Assembly (NCBI RefSeq): GCF_963514075.1
Contig: NC_083761.1
Coordinates: forward strand, 49,861,777 to 49,925,776
Source of the DNA: Conger conger
Lineage: Eukaryota
Reading direction: 5' to 3'
Length of the DNA stretch: 64,000 bases
Part shown: piece by piece, positions 57,641-64,000 of the stretch
Position numbering within the stretch: the stretch's first letter is position 1
Layout: each line of letters opens with the position of its first letter
Made by a program: the position numbers and the translations under genes
The notes under the pieces: model-generated
What the model was told of the DNA's origin: nothing
Database searches by the model: none
The model's input: only the letters and a program-made list of their open reading frames with translations

Positions 57641-60600
57641 GAGTAGTCTAACACATCTCACTTCACAGAACAAATACACACAGATCTAGCTAAATAGATC
57701 TAGTAAAACACCACCTGCACATTGCACATCAGCCACAAGTGTCTGGGGGGGTTGAACGCACCAGTAGAACAATTAAGATGTCATTGAAAAAGATGGTCCT
57801 GGACAATGGTCCAAATTGGGCACAAAACCTTCCGAGCATTCTAATGTCCTTCAGAGGTGTAAGTCATAAAACCACTGGCTACAGTCCATAGGTTGATGAT
57901 GGGAATAAAAATGCAGATGCCAGAACATTTGTGGTTAGAAATGCCAGGACCCCTAGCAGAGGGGTGGAATACAGAAGCATTTCTAAAAAATCTGTGCTCA
58001 TCTCTCCCCACTGTTTATCATCTAGCTGCCCAACAAATAGGATTAAGCAAAAAATACAAGAAAATGTACTAAAATGTGAAAGAACAGAAATTTGAGTTGG
58101 GACACGAAGGTCCATGGTCAGCCAACTGGAGAGGATTGTACACTGTGATTGATAAATGTGGAGAATCAATTTACAAGGTTGGTATGTAAAGGAAAAAAAG
58201 GACGTCTCTCAAACTTGATGCAAATATGAAAGGTTTATTCTGATATCAGCAGTGACAAAGTGCACAAGTGACACTCAGGATTCAGCAGAGTCAGACTGAA
58301 CCCCCAAACCTTTCCAATGACGACTTTTCCAGCGTTGATCAAGAGTTTGTAATACACATAATGGGAGGATGCGGCCATTTCCATGGTATCTCAAGTTAGT
58401 GTACTGAATTAGCATGTCTTGTTGACTTGTTGACTGATCTTCAATCCCGGGTGCTGTTCTACCATTGCACCAACTCAATTATAAGATGCTGATAAGAGAC
58501 CATCATTCAGCCAGCAGTCTGCCCAACATATCTTTCAAAGCTTTGGGTATATGTACTGGACAGGGTTTTATGCTGGAGATGGGTACGTAAGCATGTACGC
58601 TGGCCCATTATGGATGAAGTTCATATGAAATGCGATGGTTATCTATCTAATCATAGTAAGACGAGCCATCACCTTTGACTCTTACAGGGGAATAATATAT
58701 ACTGTAGTGATAGTTAAAATCAGAAGAGCACGTCAGTCGTATAAAGTCTCTTCTCGGCTGCCCCTCTCGCAAGTGTGTGAGTGTGTGTGTGTTTTCAGCT
58801 CATCTAAAGTACGTGGTTTGCATATACGTCAGCCGGAGTGTGCATCTCTGCAATAACCACACAGGGTATTGGTCTCATATATGGTTTTGTTGTAACACCG
58901 TTGGGTTACTCACTGGGCATATTGATACTCTCACTAACCGGATGTGCAGCTGCTCCAGAACCCAGGTGGATCCTAGTATTATTTCATATAAATAATAAGT
59001 GGGTCATAGTCTGGGATATTTAGATAGGTCACTCCCGGTGAGAGAAAGTTTCTCTCACCGGGGGGCTTTCTGATTCAGCACTCCGGTACCCGGACAAGAA
59101 AAATGGTCGGGTTATCCCCTTAAGTATCGCCACTTATCACACAAGCTTAAAAATGACATACCCAAAATAAAACGGTTACTATTCTTGAACCCTTTTGACT
59201 ACAGGCATAATCCTGATCTCATAAGAAAGGTAACCCTTTGGGGGTTGTTTTTCAACACATTGAAGGTTTATTTTTTCTGATTTTGACTGGATCCAGATTA
59301 TTGCAGCTGTGGCTGTTGTGCTTAGAGATACAATGGCGCTAACTCACAACACTGGACAAATCCCCTTTCAAATTTGAGGACCAAATCACCAAAATTAGCA
59401 TTCAGCATTGTTTTTGTAATCCATTTATAGGCAGTTTTCTAGGCATTTGCACACTCCAAAAGGACACATGGAAACTAAATGATATTATGGGTCTTATGAA
59501 GTGTAAAATACTGCATTTTGCTTACTAAACTATACAACACTTGTTTGCACTTCCCCCTGCCTGTCACCCTCCCCTACCTCTCTGTCTAAAATGCCCTCTC
59601 CTTGCAGCTATCATCAGACAGCAACGAGAAGATCATAAAAAATAAGTAGAATAATCACAATGATACCATCTAGTATACTAATATATTCATTGAGGTCCAT
59701 TGATTGACCCCCATCAAAGTCAAACACATTCCATAATTTCACATACTATTTATTATTCAAAAGCTCCTTATTTATAAGCATACTGAATAATACAAGTTTT
59801 AGAATGTATTTAGATGCTCACAAATAGAAAATGGGGTCACTTCATGAAAATGCCCTCTATTGTGTTGTCAATGGTGTTTTCACTGTCTTCCTCAGAAATA
59901 TTCAATCAGATGAGAGATCAATTGGAACTCATCCAAAGCAAGTCCTCTATTGATGTAGGCATCACAAAATATTTTTTGTTGTTGTAACACCTTCTACCTT
60001 TGTTGGTATAAAATCTCAAGAACTGTTTTTTTTCCGAAGCGCAACAGACTCCGCATGCGTAATGAAAATGCTAGTTTCTTTTGCATTTTTTATGCAAGTC
60101 TAACAAATTATACAGCGTTGGAAAAATGTAATTACCTAAAACACATTTTCTTCGTCACTTCAATGACATGCCCATAGTTGGTTCTTTGATGAGCTGAAGT
60201 TATACTGAACTTTCTTCCACACGGATGGGAGCAACGCATTTTCTCTGAAACTATGTTACAAATACTGGTCAGAGACGGTTGTACTTTGGCCGGTGAGAAT
60301 TCGCTACTTCATGGCGCAGAAAGAGTATATGCAAAATGTTCATTATTTCAGCACACTCCAGCCAATGCACATATATCCGAACCCGTATTCACACAAATCT
60401 TCATATTACAGGATTAAAAATTAGTGTCATGGAAACATATTTTTATCCCAGGAACTAAATCAAATTCCTTACAGTACCACTGTCCAAATACTTGTTGACT
60501 GCACTGTATATATTTATGAAAATAAAATCCAAAAGGAAATATTAAAAGTGAAATATTAATCTCTCCAAGTTTTTATACTTAATGTATAAACTTAAAAAAA

Positions 60601-60699
60601 AACTACTGGGACATAATATGAAATATGTTATAATGTGACATTTTGTTCGGTTTGCAGTGTGTACTGAACAGAAAGTCCCCAATTGCTAGTAGGTACAGT

Positions 60700-60930
60700 G
60701 GCTTCACAGTTTCCAAGATACTCAAACCACCCTGTCTGGCAACAACATTCATTCCATGGTCATCGTGACTTGCATTTCATTTCTTCCCCATTCTGACATT
60801 TGGTCTGAAAAACATCTGAACTTCTTGACCATGTCTCCATGCTTATATACATTTTGTTGCTGCCACATGATTGGCTGATTCAATATTTGCAACAGGTTTA
60901 CCGAATAAGGTGAACACTGAATCTACAGAT
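60700..60930 (-). mobile_element. Tc1-like family fragment in minus orientation; the 5' terminus is at ~60930.
   Basis: 'ttgttgctgccacatgattggctgattcaatatttgcaacaggtttaccgaataaggtgaacactgaatc' is the reverse complement of the family 5' end. 'ccaccctgtctggcaacaacattcattccatggtca' is the 3'-region segment. Confidence 0.6.
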
Positions 60931-60980
60931 GTGTATATTATATATAGAAGAGATATGATGCAAGAGAAAGAGGTCTTTAC

Positions 60981-61076
60981 CTGAATAAGAATTTTTCCCA
61001 AACAAACGGAAGGTGTGCTGAGTTCAGCCAGAAACATGACACCCTGAAAATAATCTCCCTTTCCCTGACGCCAGAA
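60981..61076 (-). CDS. tlcd3b: tlcd3b coding exon.
   Basis: Translation '[32 protein letters not shown]' matches human '[32 protein letters not shown]'. Acceptor is ctcctttcag|TTCTGG. Donor is ATTCAG|gtaaag. Length 96 nt, phase 0/0. Confidence 0.9.
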
Positions 61077-63277
61077 CTGAAAGGAGACAGACAGTACTGT
61101 TAGGAGAAGCAATCAATCAATCCATGTAATAACACAAATACACACACACATAACTCACATCGGCAACCTTGATAAAACTTTTTTTTAAATGTAGAAACGA
61201 TATAGTTTTATTTCAATACATTTACTCTCAAGCTTTAATGCTTTTTATAAAGTAATCTCAGATGTCTCTGACAGACTAATACAGAAAATGATTTGTTCAG
61301 GTAACTGCAATCTGCTGAATCATGGGGTGCAGTTACTGTTTCACAGCAGCTGTATGCATGTTGGCTTATTTTTGGTTGAATAAATAATGACAGTAAGTAA
61401 TTAAATCATAAATAATGAAAGTGACTATTGTGTTATTTGTCACGAGGGAAATATTTTCAGTATGTGTTGGTTAACTGGCGAAAATGTATTTTCTCTATTT
61501 TTAGAACCCTGGTAATAGGCTGTATAGGCTGGACCACAGCCAAAACATAAAAATTCTGTATAAGCACAATAGATATGTTAATGCACAACAGGGGCATCAT
61601 TTCAGGAAAAACTTGGGGGTGGCAGAAAATAAATGAATTTGATTAAAATGTATTTATGGTTAAGCTGAGGAACAACTGCGTGGAACAACGGCGTGGCTCC
61701 CGGGAGACAGAGTTGCCCGCTCGCCGCTGCCTGCTGTTGGGAAGTCGCGGGTTTGCGGTTTACAAAATCTGGTGGCTTGGATGGAAATGTAACAAGCAAC
61801 CTGTTTTTATGGCTAGCCTACTATTCTTCTTTAATTTTACAATTGATTTAAGATATTCAAGTCTGCAAGTGCAAAACCACTGCATTTCCCCCATTTTACC
61901 TTTTTTTGTTTCACTTCATTTCAAAGACAATAAAAATGCAAGTGACGATTCTCATTCTGATTCTAATCAGATGAAAGAGTTGCAGTGTTTTTCGGACGTG
62001 TGCCTCTCATCTATGCATGCAGCACAGCCGTTTCAATTTCCCATCCAACATGTAACAGTCACGTAGCCTATGCCGCCGACGGTGGAAAAAGCAATGTTAC
62101 TGACAGCAAATTTAACTCCACTGTTACCTGTTCCTTCTAAACCTACGCTGTCCAGGTCTTGTGCACTGGTATATTCTCACTTTAACAATTCCATGGGATC
62201 AAGAACATTGTATTAAGCTAAATAAAAGCTATGAGGCAACATATCCTTAGTAGGCTAATCATACAAGTGACAAGTAACTTAACTTGCGGCACAGCTCATG
62301 TTTATATATTATATACCTGTTACAGGCAAACTAAGTTTGATGCAACATATTTTACATATGTATATTTTTTACATATTTTTAGCAGATTATTCTCTTCAAA
62401 ATGTTGCCATAAGTTACACTGCCTTCTTGAGTTGGTGGGGCTGCAATGCCGCAAAATCCTACTGCTGTTGGCTACCCACAACTTCAATCAAAATATAGAA
62501 CACAAAATGTAATGTTTTTAGAAAAGTTAAGCCAATTATAAATCCTATAATGCAGTATTTAGAATAATACAAATATTAAAATATGAAATATAAAAAAATG
62601 TAATATTAAAAAAAGTTAGCTGGTTGAGACATTGGCCCATTTGGGTAGGTGTCCATTTCGGTTAACCGGTTAAATTGATTGACCATGCCCATCCCTATTT
62701 AGAACTGGTGAGCATTAGATGAAGGTTGTCATGCCTAAACATATGAAACCATTGAGGTAAAAGAGCATGCATCACTATACGTCACTGATATCACGACACA
62801 CACAGACACAAACACCCTTTCTTTTTGCAGTTTAACCTTACTCATCATTTATCTCACCCTGTCATGACCTCCCTTTTCCCTATCTATTGAAAACATTCAC
62901 ATTATAATCACGCTGATACTTGGTTGCTATGCAGCCACTAACAGCAACAGTTACCACGGACACAGGGAACCAGATGGTGGCCATTATGGTTCACCAAGGG
63001 GAGCAGACTATGGCAATGTCTTGCAGACACTCTAGTATCCATCTCTAATACATGGAGATGGATGCACTTACATTGTGCAACATAACCTCTTCTTCTTTCA
63101 ATGTAATAGGAGTTTATTTCTCACCATCTACCTAATCAAGTACCGGTTTTCTCTCATGTACACACTTAATCAGACATATGTATGTGTCTATATGATTGTG
63201 TGTAAATATAAACATGGTTACATCACGCAATAGAAATGTAATCAGATAATGATCACATTTCTGAAATATCAGAAACA

Positions 63278-63303
63278 GCATCAGCATCAGCATCAGCATC
63301 AGC
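63278..63303. repeat. (CATCAG)n hexanucleotide microsatellite.
   Basis: gcatcagcatcagcatcagcatcagc. Confidence 0.9.
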
Positions 63304-63654
63304 CCCACTCACAGGCATGGCAGCAGCTGTGGTTTATTGCCAGTCAGAGAAGCTGATACCAATTGGCCAATTATTAGGCTCTATTAAAGGCCTAGGGCTC
63401 AGGCCCACAGAGAGACCTTTTTCCCTGCAAGGCAAATGTGTGAGCTAGCTGCTCAGTCCCTCTGGACCTTTTGTTCTCTTTCTGGCGTCAGTACCTTTTT
63501 GTTGATGTTTCAATTATCTTGTTTTCGTGTCCCTTTCATTTAAACGGTGAATAAAAGGCAGTCAGACAACTTTTCCCCTTCATTCATCTTGTCTGTTCAT
63601 AGATAAAATGGGTACACATACATAATAAATGTATATATAACCCCCCTTGACATG

Positions 63655-63658
<4 letters not shown>

Positions 63659-63745
<87 letters not shown>
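63659..63745. repeat. (CA)n dinucleotide microsatellite (~43 units) in a tlcd3b intron, ~45 bp from the exon at 63791.
   Basis: Seen directly. ORF 63584-63973 reads through it as (CV)n. Confidence 0.95.
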
Positions 63746-63747
<2 letters not shown>

Positions 63748-63790
63748 CTAATAAATAAACATTATTTAGAAATTCCATTTTGATAATTAC

Positions 63791-64000
63791 CACAGAAACA
63801 GGGAAGCAGACAGTGACCATGACAACATGGTGTAGAACCATGAGGAATTCTCTTCGTAGGTAGCTGATCAGGGCTGCGCCAATAGGCTTGGGTCCATCTT
63901 CATGACCTTTTACCTGCAGTTTGTGCCAATAGCACATGAACATGGCATAGATGTCATAGACAAAGTAGGGCACTGCAAAGAGGATGTAGGTGGTCGTTAG
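63791..64000 (-). CDS. tlcd3b: tlcd3b coding exon (TLC domain core). Partial: it continues beyond the window end.
   Basis: Translation 'LTTTYILFAVPYFVYDIYAMFMCYWHKLQVKGHEDGPKPIGAALISYLRREFLMVLHHVVMVTVCFPVSV' matches human 'FAVPYFIYDIYAMFLCHWHKHQVKGHG...YLHKEFLMVLHHAAMVLVCFPLSVV'. Donor is TCTGTG|gtaatt. Confidence 0.85.

Overview
This is vertebrate genomic DNA, almost certainly from a teleost fish; it is not prokaryotic. Four protein-coding genes can be read directly from the six-frame track and from canonical GT/AG splice junctions, and all four are orthologues of neighbouring genes in the human 16p11.2 interval. The kinesin kif22 lies on the minus strand: coding exons 1-5 are at 905-4442, and the 3' exons lie beyond the window start. 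pagr1 (PA1) lies on the plus strand as a complete 4-exon CDS at 12670-14107. The major vault protein gene mvp lies on the minus strand with 15 confidently placed coding exons at 17457-29605; its 3'-terminal exon is uncertain. tlcd3b (fam57b) lies on the minus strand: its last four coding exons are at 54231-64000, and the 5' exons lie beyond the window end. The intergenic and intronic DNA is dominated by transposable elements. There are many Tc1-like DNA transposon copies and MITE-like deletion derivatives of one family, including several with both TIRs. There are two L2-clade LINE 3' fragments with the conserved fish L2/SINE tail, tRNA-derived SINEs, a hAT-like MITE, microsatellites, and several long inverted duplications. 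The most unusual structure is a 6.5-kb unit at 40627-47114. It is bounded by ~800-bp inverted arms, each containing a ~350-bp near-perfect hairpin palindrome. It carries an intact intronless 361-aa ORF with an XPG/FEN-type 5'-nuclease signature (I-domain EEAD, DDTD; H3TH GCD...GRGKVG) and a Cys-rich tail. Three 30-bp direct repeats and a palindrome spanning the ATG precede that ORF. I propose it is an uncharacterised composite DNA transposon. I found no CRISPR arrays, rRNA genes or genuine tRNA genes.
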